A DNA stretch of 54,439 nucleotides, from positions 1 through 54,439 of the IMG/VR virus record IMGVR_UViG_3300043690_000026. One strand, 5' to 3'. Source of the DNA: a virus (taxonomy: Duplodnaviria; Caudoviricetes). Shown here in pieces: positions 1-9,700 of the stretch (the stretch's first letter is position 1; each line of letters begins with the position of its first letter). Under the pieces are notes generated by a model. The model worked only from the letters and a program-made list of their open reading frames with translations. It was not told the DNA's origin and searched no databases. The translations under genes were made by a program, and so were the position numbers.

Positions 1-127
1 GGTCGGAATCGGTCCGCCAAATGCGCGCGGAGCGTAGCCGGTGATGATGATCGAGCCCGCCGGGACACTAACCCCTGTGGCCGAGCCCCAGAGGATAGCG
101 TATTTTGTCGCTCGATAGCGGCCTGCG
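1..127 (+). repeat. Terminal direct repeat, copy 1 (circular assembly overlap)
   Basis: Identical to 54313-54439; 127 nt is a common assembler k-mer overlap, and an ORF reads through the junction. Confidence 0.95.
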
Positions 128-300
128 TCGGAGCCAGAGCCTCGACATACTTTACTAGAAATAGTGACGGTTGTACTTTGGGACAGTCCGATCCCCGGCA
201 TTGTCGCCGAGACGGACAACAGAGATATCTTTCGATAAGGCTCTATGAGAGTGGTATCTCTACAGACTTTGCCGCTAATAGTTGGTGGCGAGAATGGCAT
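1..300 (-). CDS. 5' half of a 199-aa virion/tail accessory protein spanning the contig junction (continues 54312..54013)
   Basis: ATG at 300 overlaps the TAA of 300..1184; open frame MPFSPPTISGKVCRD... continues through position 1; not in the ORF track. Confidence 0.8.
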   Translation of the reverse strand, partial: MPFSPPTISGKVCRDTTLIEPYRKISLLSVSATMPGIGLSQSTTVTISSKVCRGSGSDAGRYRATKYAILWGSATGVSVPAGSIIITGYAPRAFGGPIPT

Positions 301-1184
301 TACGGCACCACTACGAACAGAGATCCTCTGGCCAAGACATTGGTTCCCACATTAGATCCTGTAATGTTGAACCAGTTATGCGAGTCAAAAGTGGCAGCTG
401 TATCAGCAACAAAAGAATCGGTTATAACGGCAGCATCCCACAATTGACCGTAGATGACACCAAGAGCCGACAAATTAGTCGTCCCCCAGGCTATCAAGGG
501 ATCGACAATCAAGGCACTTCCATCCGAGTAATTGAAGTCGGACCCACCAGCAGTCCACGTCTGTTGTATGGCACTCACCGGGACTACGAGGGCATGATTG
601 CCGCTCCCACCTCCAAAATTAGCCCACAGGGTTCCGTTGTAAAGTCCGGAACAATTGGCAGATATACAGCCTAAATTTGTTCTAAAAGATGTTCTAACAG
701 TTGCATCCGTATCGGATTGGGCGTTGCTTGTTAACCATCCTACGGCAGTCGTAGGACTGGCCCCGCTCGTCAGGAATGAAGGGACGTACGGTACTCCCCC
801 GCAGGCAAAGGTCCGAACAGTCGTAATCCCAGGTTGCAAAATAAAGAACTGATACGCACTAGCGATAACTCTATAAACTGCTCCCACGCTCGGCAGCAAA
901 AATATCGGGTTAGTAGTTTGAGTCAGAGATCCGGTTGCATTGTGCATGAACAGTTGCGCACAATTCCCAGCTCCAGGCTCGAAGACTCTTATTCTGATCG
1001 CAAATCCCTGCGGAGTCGTTCCGGATTTCAAGGTCTGATCTGTACCTCCTGATATTCCGGCTACTTGAGTCCAACCAGCAGCCAAGAGTGCAGCTGCGAC
1101 TCCGTTCACGATCTCTTGACGAGTCCCCGTCGTGCACGTGAACGTCGTATTTACAATAGTCAGGCCAGAGTACTGAATCGCCAT
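300..1184 (-). CDS. Minor tail/virion protein, paralogue of 53033..54025 and 51439..53031
   Basis: In tail operon; G/T/S-rich; shared AGWT, YQFF and IAWG...GQLWDA motifs. Confidence 0.65.
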   Translation of the reverse strand: MAIQYSGLTIVNTTFTCTTGTRQEIVNGVAAALLAAGWTQVAGISGGTDQTLKSGTTPQGFAIRIRVFEPGAGNCAQLFMHNATGSLTQTTNPIFLLPSVGAVYRVIASAYQFFILQPGITTVRTFACGGVPYVPSFLTSGASPTTAVGWLTSNAQSDTDATVRTSFRTNLGCISANCSGLYNGTLWANFGGGSGNHALVVPVSAIQQTWTAGGSDFNYSDGSALIVDPLIAWGTTNLSALGVIYGQLWDAAVITDSFVADTAATFDSHNWFNITGSNVGTNVLARGSLFVVVP

Positions 1185-1622
1185 TTAAGCTCTCTGCATG
1201 GTGAACACGCCCGCCGAGTTGATCGTCAATGACGTCACGGAAACGTCCGCAGGCGTGTTATCGAGTGTGGTGAAACAAATCAAATAGCCGGTGACGGAAT
1301 CGTACAGCACGGCGTAGCGCGAGATGATGCCCGGCCCGGTCGGCGTCCAGGTCGGGTTGGAAACCGAGAAGGTTTGCCGCCCCGTGGTGCCGTCGGAATT
1401 GGTCCAGGATGCAGTAACCGCCACGCCGCCTGCCGTGTAGCCGTTTGCCGTCGGCAATTCGTTGGTGAGTGTCGCGAAAGTCGCCGGGGAAATAGCAACA
1501 TTGTTCGCGTTGGACGAGCTTGAGAATAGTGCGCACTTGATATTTGTGGAACTGAGATCGATCAGTTTCTTGCCGATGTTGTATTCGGCAAGGTCGTACA
1601 CTGTCCAGGGATCAGAGGCCAT
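1185..1622 (-). CDS. Minor tail/virion structural protein
   Basis: GYTAGG...WT...RYAVLYD pattern common in small phage tail proteins; operon position. Confidence 0.65.
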   Translation of the reverse strand: MASDPWTVYDLAEYNIGKKLIDLSSTNIKCALFSSSSNANNVAISPATFATLTNELPTANGYTAGGVAVTASWTNSDGTTGRQTFSVSNPTWTPTGPGIISRYAVLYDSVTGYLICFTTLDNTPADVSVTSLTINSAGVFTMQRA

Positions 1623-1625
1623 TTC

Positions 1626-2057
1626 TTATTGCCACTCCACTGTGATTGAGCAAATACCGCCACGGTCCGCGCTCCCGTCAGATGCGAGCACATCCCAACT
1701 CAGGATTGCCAAATCCGCAAACCCTGGAGGCGTAAATGTGGTCGCGACAACGGGCGTATCCACCACAGTCGCTGCTGGAATAGTTAGGGTGATGAGCGCC
1801 ATTCCATTCATCTTCACACGCACCACAAGATCCGACGTTATAGCGTAGTGCAGCACTCCGATTACACGCACTCCTGTTCCGGCCTGCCAAATCGGTACGT
1901 GGTCCGCGATGTCGTCGCCGACGGAGGTGTCCTTAAGCAGCAAGGTACGAACGTATGGACCACCACCAGCGCCAGCCCGTTCGATGATCCAGGAGCTCTG
2001 CGGACCCGTGCTGCGTGGCGCTAACGGCCGATGGGGTCTGACGCCGCGCTGGTTCAT
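1626..2057 (-). CDS. Tail-associated protein
   Basis: ATGA-coupled to tail-tip gene; beta-rich. Confidence 0.6.
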   Translation of the reverse strand: MNQRGVRPHRPLAPRSTGPQSSWIIERAGAGGGPYVRTLLLKDTSVGDDIADHVPIWQAGTGVRVIGVLHYAITSDLVVRVKMNGMALITLTIPAATVVDTPVVATTFTPPGFADLAILSWDVLASDGSADRGGICSITVEWQ

Positions 2058-5000
2058 GTCGAATAGATCCCTCCTGCCGTGATCCGCCAGGTGGCGCCTG
2101 CGCCGGTGAGCGTAGATGTGGTGGTGCCGTCGGAGAAGGTGTCTGATCCATCCGTATTGATGATGGTCGAGTTGGGTCCGCTGTTCCAGACCAGCATGTT
2201 CCGCCCTTGATAGTCGCGCAATTGGAGCAGCGTGAGCGTCACGTCGTTGGCAGAACTATCCACGCGCACCACCTCGTCAGTGGCATCGAGAGTGAACGGC
2301 CCGGGGGCCGGGCCGAGCAGGCGCACCGTCGGCGGCTGCCCGAAGACATAGATCATGCGATAGGCCGCAAAACCGTCGTCAGTCTGGTGGCCCTGCGTGT
2401 CCTCAAGGAAGCCGCCGACCAGAACGACCTCGTCGCTTAGATTTGACACCTCCGTGTGAACCTTGAGGGTCGTCGCGGTAGCGTTGGTGGAAGTGAGTTC
2501 CGGCGTCTCGCTCGGGTCTAGCCAGCCGGGCTCCTCGATAATGTAGATCGAGGTGCTGTCCGGTATTACGTTCCAGGGCGGCGCGATCTGATGCGTGAGA
2601 TGGTCGTTGCCTGAGCAGACGCGAGACTGGCCGGCTCCGGTGCCGCGCAGGATGCGCACGATACGTCCCTGCTCCTCGCCGGGATGCATGCCTGCGGAGC
2701 CCGGATATTGCTGGCGATTGACGCTGTTGTTCCATTTGGTGTTGGTGATCGAGTTGGCATCCGCCGAGCTCGGGGTGGAGTAGACGATCAGCACATCTCC
2801 GATCTGCACGGACTCGGGGTTATCGGTGGAGGACGATCCGCCGGTAACCGTCCAGTTGCCGCCATTGATCATGGGCATCGGCACGCTCGTTCCGATGATG
2901 GCGTCATTGCCGAAGTAGAAGACGGTGCCATAGCTGACCCCGTCGACGCTGAACGGCTTGCCGTTCATGGCGGGCGTGAAATGCGGTCCACTCTCCCAAA
3001 AGAACATGGTCGAACCGGGACCGCCCGAGGAACCTGTGCCGGAGACGTCGACCGGCGTGGCGACTGCGCAGTCCGGACTGACCGTGATCGTTGCTGTCGC
3101 CGGATCGAAGGCCGTGATGGTGAAATTCCACAACGGCACTTCGCCGGCCACGTTGGCGCAGATGAATACGTGCATGCCGATCCAGTCGTCGGTCGAATCC
3201 AGGAAATCTTCGCACTGTATCTGGTTCGGTGCCGTGACGCCCGTCACTAACAGGCCCGCGATCCCGGCATGAAACACGTGCTTGGCCATGATCTTGACCT
3301 TTTGCGCGGCACCTTCAGGCAGTCCTTGAGTCCAGTTGTGGATCGGGCCTGGGATCGAGACGTTCGTAGGCAGCGCGCCATCAGCACCGAATTGCCATGC
3401 GATCTCCCGGCGATCCGGACCGGCCCAGACATCCCAGCCGGTCATGCTGCTATCGGTCGATGGGACGGCGAGAAGGTTCACTTGTTGAGAGGTGAGGCCG
3501 GCTGCAATCCAGATGGCCGTGAGGTTGGAGGGGATCGAAGGCTCGCCTGCGGCGTTACGCTCAGTGAGCGCCGCATAGACCGTCATCGGGCCGTGCAGCG
3601 TGCCGCCACTCGAGAGCGAAATCTCGAGGATGCGCGGCTGCGTCTGCGAGGCGAACTGGTTGACGGTCATGTAGCCCTCAACCCAGATGCGAGGCACCCA
3701 CACGCCGTCCTTGGTGATCACGTAGTCCTGCCATAGCGCGAACGTGCGCTCCCAGGGCGGATAGATCGGGTCGCCCGTTTTGGGTGCGAGAAAATTCGGC
3801 ATCCAGGCCAGGCCCGTAGGCGACTGCAGCAGTTCGGGCGGCGGTGCGGGCGGCGCCACGTCAGCCGGCTTGGGGCCGACGATCAGATCGTACATGTCGT
3901 CAGTCGTCGACGAGCACTGGAAGTCGATCGAGAAGTCGGGATTCAGCGCCCACCTGGCGACGCGCCCCTCGATGTAGCCGTGCCCCGAGACGGAGCTCGC
4001 CGCCTGGTTGGGCAGCGACGGATGGGTCAACGAGACGATGTCGCCCAGCTGCGTGCCGAGCGCGAGCACCGTGCTCTTGAACTGGAAGTTGCGCGCGTTT
4101 AACTGCTCGTTGATGCCGCTTTGGGATTCATGCGGCCCGCTGCCGTTCACCAGGCCGCCGATCTCTTCGCGCAGGCGAGTAGTGATCAGGCGCGCGCACT
4201 GGCTGAGGTTCGAGACGCCCGCGAAGTTAAGGTTCTGCACCAGGTACTGGGGCGATTCCGGAGTGCCAAGAAAGGCCGCATTGTCGATGTCGTAGATGGT
4301 GGCGTTGTTCAGTTGCCACCCGTACTCGGCATCGCCGAACTGGCCGACCAGCCAGTTGAAGGCCGGTTGCAGCGGTGAAACGCTCAAGGACCGGAACAGA
4401 ATCGTTGCCTCGGTGAAGGCATTGCCGGCGAGCACGCTCGAGTTCACACGAATGATCGGGAACAGCTTGCCGTTGGCGAACACGAATGTGCCGGCGCAGC
4501 AGTTGAGAATCTCCCGCAGCCAGTCGCGCAGCGGCTTCTGTTCCTTCAGAACGCCGCGGAACGGGAACTGCAATTCAGTGCCGGAGCCGATCAGAACTGG
4601 AACTGTCGTGTCGCAGATCGCGGCCATCTCGATGGCCTGGTTCACGTCGAAGTAGCTCTCCATCTGAGCCGCCGAAACGAGAAACTCCTGGCCGGGATCG
4701 ACGCGCAGGCCTCGCCCCCGCAGGTAGACGTTGATGGCGATCCAGATGGGGTTGTGCATGGCTTGCATCCAGAAACGGCTCCCCGGTGCAGTCCAATACC
4801 ATCCGCCCAGGCCTCCGGTAACGCTCACGATCATGGCGTGATCGGATACCGAAGAAAGCTGAAGGCCTTTATCGTCAGTGCGCCGGATCTCGGCCATGGC
4901 GGTGCCGCCGGCGTAGGTTGATCCGGGTGGAGCGACATTCCAGGGCGCCTGCGTGATGCCCACGAAGTCATTCGGGTTCGATGGGTCATTGCCCAGCATG

Positions 5001-6334
5001 TAGCGCCAGCCGCCGTTATTCAGCGGATCGTGCGGCGGCTGTCCATCAAGCGTGTGCCGGATGAGATTGCTGTCCATGGTGGACAGCGGCCCCTCGCCGA
5101 TCACTCCCAGCGCAGAGTAGAAATCCGATTCGTCGCGACCCTCGGCGACATCGCAGCTGACCAGCATCTGCACGTCGGTAAAGACCTCCTGCAACGGCCG
5201 CTGGTAGACCGTGTCGTTGACGACGCTTACGCTGGTCATCCCGCTGCGCCCGTAGCCGAACACCCCGGTCGAGTTGTCCTTGATCCTCACGGCCTGGGGC
5301 GGGAATATCACGCCGCCGAACGAATGCGGGACGCCACGCTCGACGCAGTTCGCGTAGCTCTTGTCGCAGGTCGGAAGGCTCGAGGTCGACGGGCAGAAGC
5401 GGCCCTTGTAGACCTTCCAGCAGGTCCTCAGGATCTTGCGCGAGGGATACGGCAAGGTCATCTGGAAGACGCCGTCTGCGGCATTGATCTGGAACTTTCC
5501 GCTTGTGTCGTATTGCCAGTTGGTGACGTAGCCTTGCCACAGATCGAGCAGGCTATTGTCCTGCACGTGGTATAGCGAGAACTGAACCGGAGCCCCGTAC
5601 AGGTTGACCTGATTGATTAGCGTTGTCCAGACGCTGTCCGCATTGCCGAAATTGAAGCTCGCCGCGTCGGAGCTTTCGCCGAGGGTTTGCGAAATGCCGC
5701 TCCAGTCGAGCAGTCGCGGCAGGTAGAGGTGTCCACTGACCGAGCACCGCTGGTTGGACAGATAGAGGTGAGCGCTGCCGTCGCGGCTCGTAATGGCGAT
5801 CAGTGGAATGATCTGCTGAAATTCTGACTGGAGAGCGGCCGTCAGCGAGCTATCAGGGAAACGGTTCAGCCGCACGCGCGGCGTGTAGGTCTGGGTCGTG
5901 GTCGGTATCTCGAGAAACGTGATCCCGGGGCCTTGCACCAATAGACCCACCATGTAGTCGAACGGGATGGTCGGATTCTCGTAACGCACCGTGTAGGTGG
6001 CTGGGCCGCCTGGCTCATAGACGGTCAGCGGGAATTGTGCGTATCCCCCTTGCGCCTCCTCCCAGTGGCCGCGCAGATCGTCGTACTCGGTGCAGGACAA
6101 ATGGTTCTTCGTGAAGCGGAAGCGTCGCGGGCCAAACGGCGCCATCAGGAAACGCTGCTCGGTCTTCAGCCCCGCCTGGCTGAATGTGTGCGTCACGATC
6201 GGCGGCTGATAGTCCGCGCCGGTGCCGAAGTCCGGACGGATTGGAAAGGGCGGGATCGTGGGTGGCGTCGGGATCGGCACCGGGCCAAGGGAGTCACGCG
6301 TGTCGATGCCGGGCAATAGGGTGATCAGACTCAT
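2054..6334 (-). CDS. Fused distal-tail/hub/tail-tip protein (about 1426 aa; probable start MSLITLLPG at 6334, not 6880)
   Basis: ATGA overlap with stop of 6331..6738; Dit-like N-terminus, Cys cluster CWKVYKGRFC...CDKSYANC like gpL/DUF2163 hubs, then gpJ-like tip region. Confidence 0.75.
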   Translation of the reverse strand: MSLITLLPGIDTRDSLGPVPIPTPPTIPPFPIRPDFGTGADYQPPIVTHTFSQAGLKTEQRFLMAPFGPRRFRFTKNHLSCTEYDDLRGHWEEAQGGYAQFPLTVYEPGGPATYTVRYENPTIPFDYMVGLLVQGPGITFLEIPTTTQTYTPRVRLNRFPDSSLTAALQSEFQQIIPLIAITSRDGSAHLYLSNQRCSVSGHLYLPRLLDWSGISQTLGESSDAASFNFGNADSVWTTLINQVNLYGAPVQFSLYHVQDNSLLDLWQGYVTNWQYDTSGKFQINAADGVFQMTLPYPSRKILRTCWKVYKGRFCPSTSSLPTCDKSYANCVERGVPHSFGGVIFPPQAVRIKDNSTGVFGYGRSGMTSVSVVNDTVYQRPLQEVFTDVQMLVSCDVAEGRDESDFYSALGVIGEGPLSTMDSNLIRHTLDGQPPHDPLNNGGWRYMLGNDPSNPNDFVGITQAPWNVAPPGSTYAGGTAMAEIRRTDDKGLQLSSVSDHAMIVSVTGGLGGWYWTAPGSRFWMQAMHNPIWIAINVYLRGRGLRVDPGQEFLVSAAQMESYFDVNQAIEMAAICDTTVPVLIGSGTELQFPFRGVLKEQKPLRDWLREILNCCAGTFVFANGKLFPIIRVNSSVLAGNAFTEATILFRSLSVSPLQPAFNWLVGQFGDAEYGWQLNNATIYDIDNAAFLGTPESPQYLVQNLNFAGVSNLSQCARLITTRLREEIGGLVNGSGPHESQSGINEQLNARNFQFKSTVLALGTQLGDIVSLTHPSLPNQAASSVSGHGYIEGRVARWALNPDFSIDFQCSSTTDDMYDLIVGPKPADVAPPAPPPELLQSPTGLAWMPNFLAPKTGDPIYPPWERTFALWQDYVITKDGVWVPRIWVEGYMTVNQFASQTQPRILEISLSSGGTLHGPMTVYAALTERNAAGEPSIPSNLTAIWIAAGLTSQQVNLLAVPSTDSSMTGWDVWAGPDRREIAWQFGADGALPTNVSIPGPIHNWTQGLPEGAAQKVKIMAKHVFHAGIAGLLVTGVTAPNQIQCEDFLDSTDDWIGMHVFICANVAGEVPLWNFTITAFDPATATITVSPDCAVATPVDVSGTGSSGGPGSTMFFWESGPHFTPAMNGKPFSVDGVSYGTVFYFGNDAIIGTSVPMPMINGGNWTVTGGSSSTDNPESVQIGDVLIVYSTPSSADANSITNTKWNNSVNRQQYPGSAGMHPGEEQGRIVRILRGTGAGQSRVCSGNDHLTHQIAPPWNVIPDSTSIYIIEEPGWLDPSETPELTSTNATATTLKVHTEVSNLSDEVVLVGGFLEDTQGHQTDDGFAAYRMIYVFGQPPTVRLLGPAPGPFTLDATDEVVRVDSSANDVTLTLLQLRDYQGRNMLVWNSGPNSTIINTDGSDTFSDGTTTSTLTGAGATWRITAGGIYST

Positions 6335-6738
6335 ACGATCTCCCGCAGGCCGAGGTTCACGGTGACAGCAGCAACGGTTCGCTCGTAGGTGTAGGTTTCC
6401 GACCAGGCTCCATCGAAGACCACCGTGTAGCGGCCGATCGGATCGCCGCCGGTCGGGTCGTGGCTGAATGGTGGCACCGTCTCGCGCAGGTTGTAGAAGT
6501 AGAATGGCTGGCCCTGATGCGCGTAAAAGAACGCCCGGAGCGCCGCGTAGTCGCTCGCGACCAGCGTCTGCTGCATGGTCCAGTAGTGGCGCGTATTCAG
6601 TGCAAGCGCATTGCGGTCGCTCGAGCCGTCCGGATACAGGTTGATGTCGAGCTCGAGATGCATGTCCTCGTGAAACGCGCGCGCAAGGTTCGCCGGCATC
6701 ACGTCGGCCGGCGCCGCTGGAATGATATTGCCCGGCAT
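6331..6738 (-). CDS. Distal tail protein (Dit/DUF2460-like)
   Basis: Immediately after tape measure; LRAFFYAHQGQPFYFY motif. Confidence 0.7.
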   Translation of the reverse strand: MPGNIIPAAPADVMPANLARAFHEDMHLELDINLYPDGSSDRNALALNTRHYWTMQQTLVASDYAALRAFFYAHQGQPFYFYNLRETVPPFSHDPTGGDPIGRYTVVFDGAWSETYTYERTVAAVTVNLGLREIV

Positions 6739-6741
6739 AGT

Positions 6742-9700
6742 TCAGCCTAGAGCCGTGAGCGGCTCTTGCATCGCCGCGGTGGTGGTGAGGCGGCTGTCGC
6801 CGGCCCTCGATGCGGAAGCCGACGCCATGGCGATCGCCGCGGGGTTTCCCTGAATGGTCTGCACCGCCAACTGCTGCCACTGCTGGCTGATGAGTCCTGA
6901 GGCTCCAGGCACCCCCAGACTCGTCCCGGGCATCATCCCCTGCGCCGAGGCCACTGCAGTGGCGTACTGGTACGTGGTGGTGCCGGTGTAAGGATTCTGG
7001 ACCTGGACGCCGCCCTGATAGACCGGCTGCAACTGCAGTCCCTGCGAGGACTGCGCGACCGTCGCCGCATACATCGGCCGTGGCATGTTCGTGGTCGATT
7101 GGCCAGTCGAGAGGGCGTATAGCCGAACGAGGTCTTGCACCTCCTGGCTGCGAACGCCGACCGACACGCTGCCGCCGTACTTCTGATCGACGATCTGCTT
7201 GATCTGGGCGATGATCTGCAAGTTGGATATATCCACCCCATAGACCTGCTTGATCTGCTGGCGGATCCTCTCGGACTCAGTCTTCACAAACAAGCGCACC
7301 GCGCCCGTGACCGCTCCGATGGCCGCGCCGACGCCAGCCCCGATAAGCGCGCCCATGGGGCCGCCGAACCGCAAGCCGATCATTCCGCCGGCCAACGCGC
7401 CGCCGCCGATGTCCATGGCCATTCCGCCCAGGCCGCCCTTCTGCACGCCCGCGCTAAATAGGCCGATCCCCGCGCCCATGAGCGGACCTTGCAGATATCC
7501 CATGCCCAGCATCTGGCCCAGCTTGACCCCGGTGAGCGCGCCACCCGCTATTTGCATGGCTGAAGACCGGTGCTGAATCCCGGCACTCATCAGGCCCATA
7601 CCGCCCATCAGCGCAAGGTTGGCGACGCCTTCGGAAGTTAGCACGCTACGGATCGACGTGCCGCCCGCTGCAGTGCCGCCGATGCCGAACATTTGCCCTA
7701 GTCCTTTGAGGTTCATCAGACCGCCCAGGAGCGTCTTCTCCGCGCCGCCGCCAGTGCCAACTCCTCCGGCCTGGAACACCATGCCAGCTGCCTTCGCCAG
7801 TTCGTTCTGTTTTGCGGTCATCGCCTGCTCTGCGACCGTTGGCCCAATCGTCGCCGTGCCCAGCTGCTCGGGAGTCAAAACTGGCGGCGCGGGCAACCCA
7901 AATTGCCGCTGCGCGGCCTCCTCTGCCTGCTGCTCCAGCCCCCAATACGGCGAAACCCCCGGCGCGTTCGGATTCTGCGGCCCGGTCATCACGCCCGCCC
8001 TCCAGTCAAACAGACGCTGCGGAGCAGCCTGGACCGCCACCTCCAGCCGGTCCGCCGCGCCTCCGGATTCCAGCGCTTGCACAGCGCGCACGTAGCCCTG
8101 CACCGATTTCGGCAGCGTCCCGCCCCGGCCGATGATGCGGTCCACCGCGCCCGGTCCCATGTTGTAAGCCGCAAGTGCCTTGGCCTCGTCGCCGCCGTAG
8201 CGGGTCAGCAGCTGGCTTAGGTACTTCGCGCCACCCATCACGTTTTGCCCCGGATCGAAGGCGTTGGTCACTCCGAGATCGCGGGCGGTCCCAGGCATCA
8301 GCTGCATGAGTCCCATTGCGCCCTTCGGCGAAACCGCGCCGGGACGCATCCGCGATTCCACCTGGGCCACCGAACGCAGCAGCGTGGAGCTAACGCCCGT
8401 GGCGGCGGATGCCTGGCTGAACACGTCGCCGGTGTCCGCCGCGCCCGTGTCGGCAGAGCCCTGCATCTGCACTGCGGCGCCGGTTTGCTGGCCCGCTCCC
8501 TTCAGCTGCTGCACGGCAGTCGAGAAGTCGATTACGGCTTGCTGGAACTGCCCGGTGCCAGCGGCGAATACCTGCGAACTGATCTCGAGCGGCTTGGTCG
8601 CGGTCTCCATCGCGGGAGTGACCGCAGACTGCACCTGATCGACGACTTTCGACTGGACACGCTCTGGCGTGTACAGCTCCGGTGGTGCCCCTGGCGGTCG
8701 CGGAGGCATGCCGCGCCGCAATAGCGCGCCGATGATCCCGCCGCCCCTTACCAGCTGCTCCTCGGGCCGTCCGTAGCCAGCGGCTGCGGTGGCTCCAGCA
8801 GCCAGCTGGCTGCTGAACCATTCCTTCACCTCGCCCAGCGCGAGTTTCTTGAACATGTCGCCGATGGCCTGGCCCAGACTCTTGGTCTTATCCGTGAAGG
8901 CGTCGAAAACCTGATCGAACAGGCTTTTGAAGCCTTCGAAGACGCGCTTCTGGTCCTCGATGATTAAATCGTTCGCGCGCTTCCATCCCTCCAACTGGTA
9001 TTTCGCCGTCTCGTTTATCGCCTTCTGCTCGATCACCTGCTGCTTATCGACCATCTCCTGCTGGCGATCCGCAATCGCGTCGTTAGCCTGCTTGCGCGTG
9101 AGAAGCCCGTAAGCCACCAGCTGGTCGAGGTATTTTTTCTGCTGCTCGAACACGCCCTGCAATTCGTCGGATTCTACTCGCGCCACCTCTTTCGCCGCGT
9201 CGATGCGCAGCTCGGTGATCTGGTCGACGGCTTTCACCTTGCCGCGCAAATCCTGGGCGTCTAACGCTTCGATGTAGGCGATCCGCGCCTCGTAAGACCC
9301 CTTCACGTACTCGGCGTCGAGCTTGGCTCGTTCGGCGATGTGCTGTTTCTCCTTCTCGAAGACCTTGGCGTCCATCTCCATCCGTTGCGCCGCGCCGAGT
9401 TGCGCGCGCAGCTGGTCGGAGTGTTCCTGGCTGATGACCTTGTCATGCAGCAGCTTATCGAGCTTGGTGAATAGCTCCGCGTACTTGAGGGTCACGGCTT
9501 CCACGGGGGAACTGAGAGCTTGAAGGAGCGTTTTCCCCGCCGCGTCGCTCCATTGATTGACCTGCTCCTGAACCTCCTTGAGTTTCTCTTCGGATTCGAC
9601 CAGAATGGGTCCTCTTTTGGTCTGCTCTGCGCCGCTGCCCGGTTGCTGCTTGGGAGGTCCGAACAGTCCGCTGATGCCGGCCAACTCCTTCGCTTTTGCG

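Noticed and set aside
6335-6880. First 182 aa of the 1608-aa ORF
   Set aside because: Overlaps the Dit and tape measure genes; ATGA-coupled start at 6334 is more plausible
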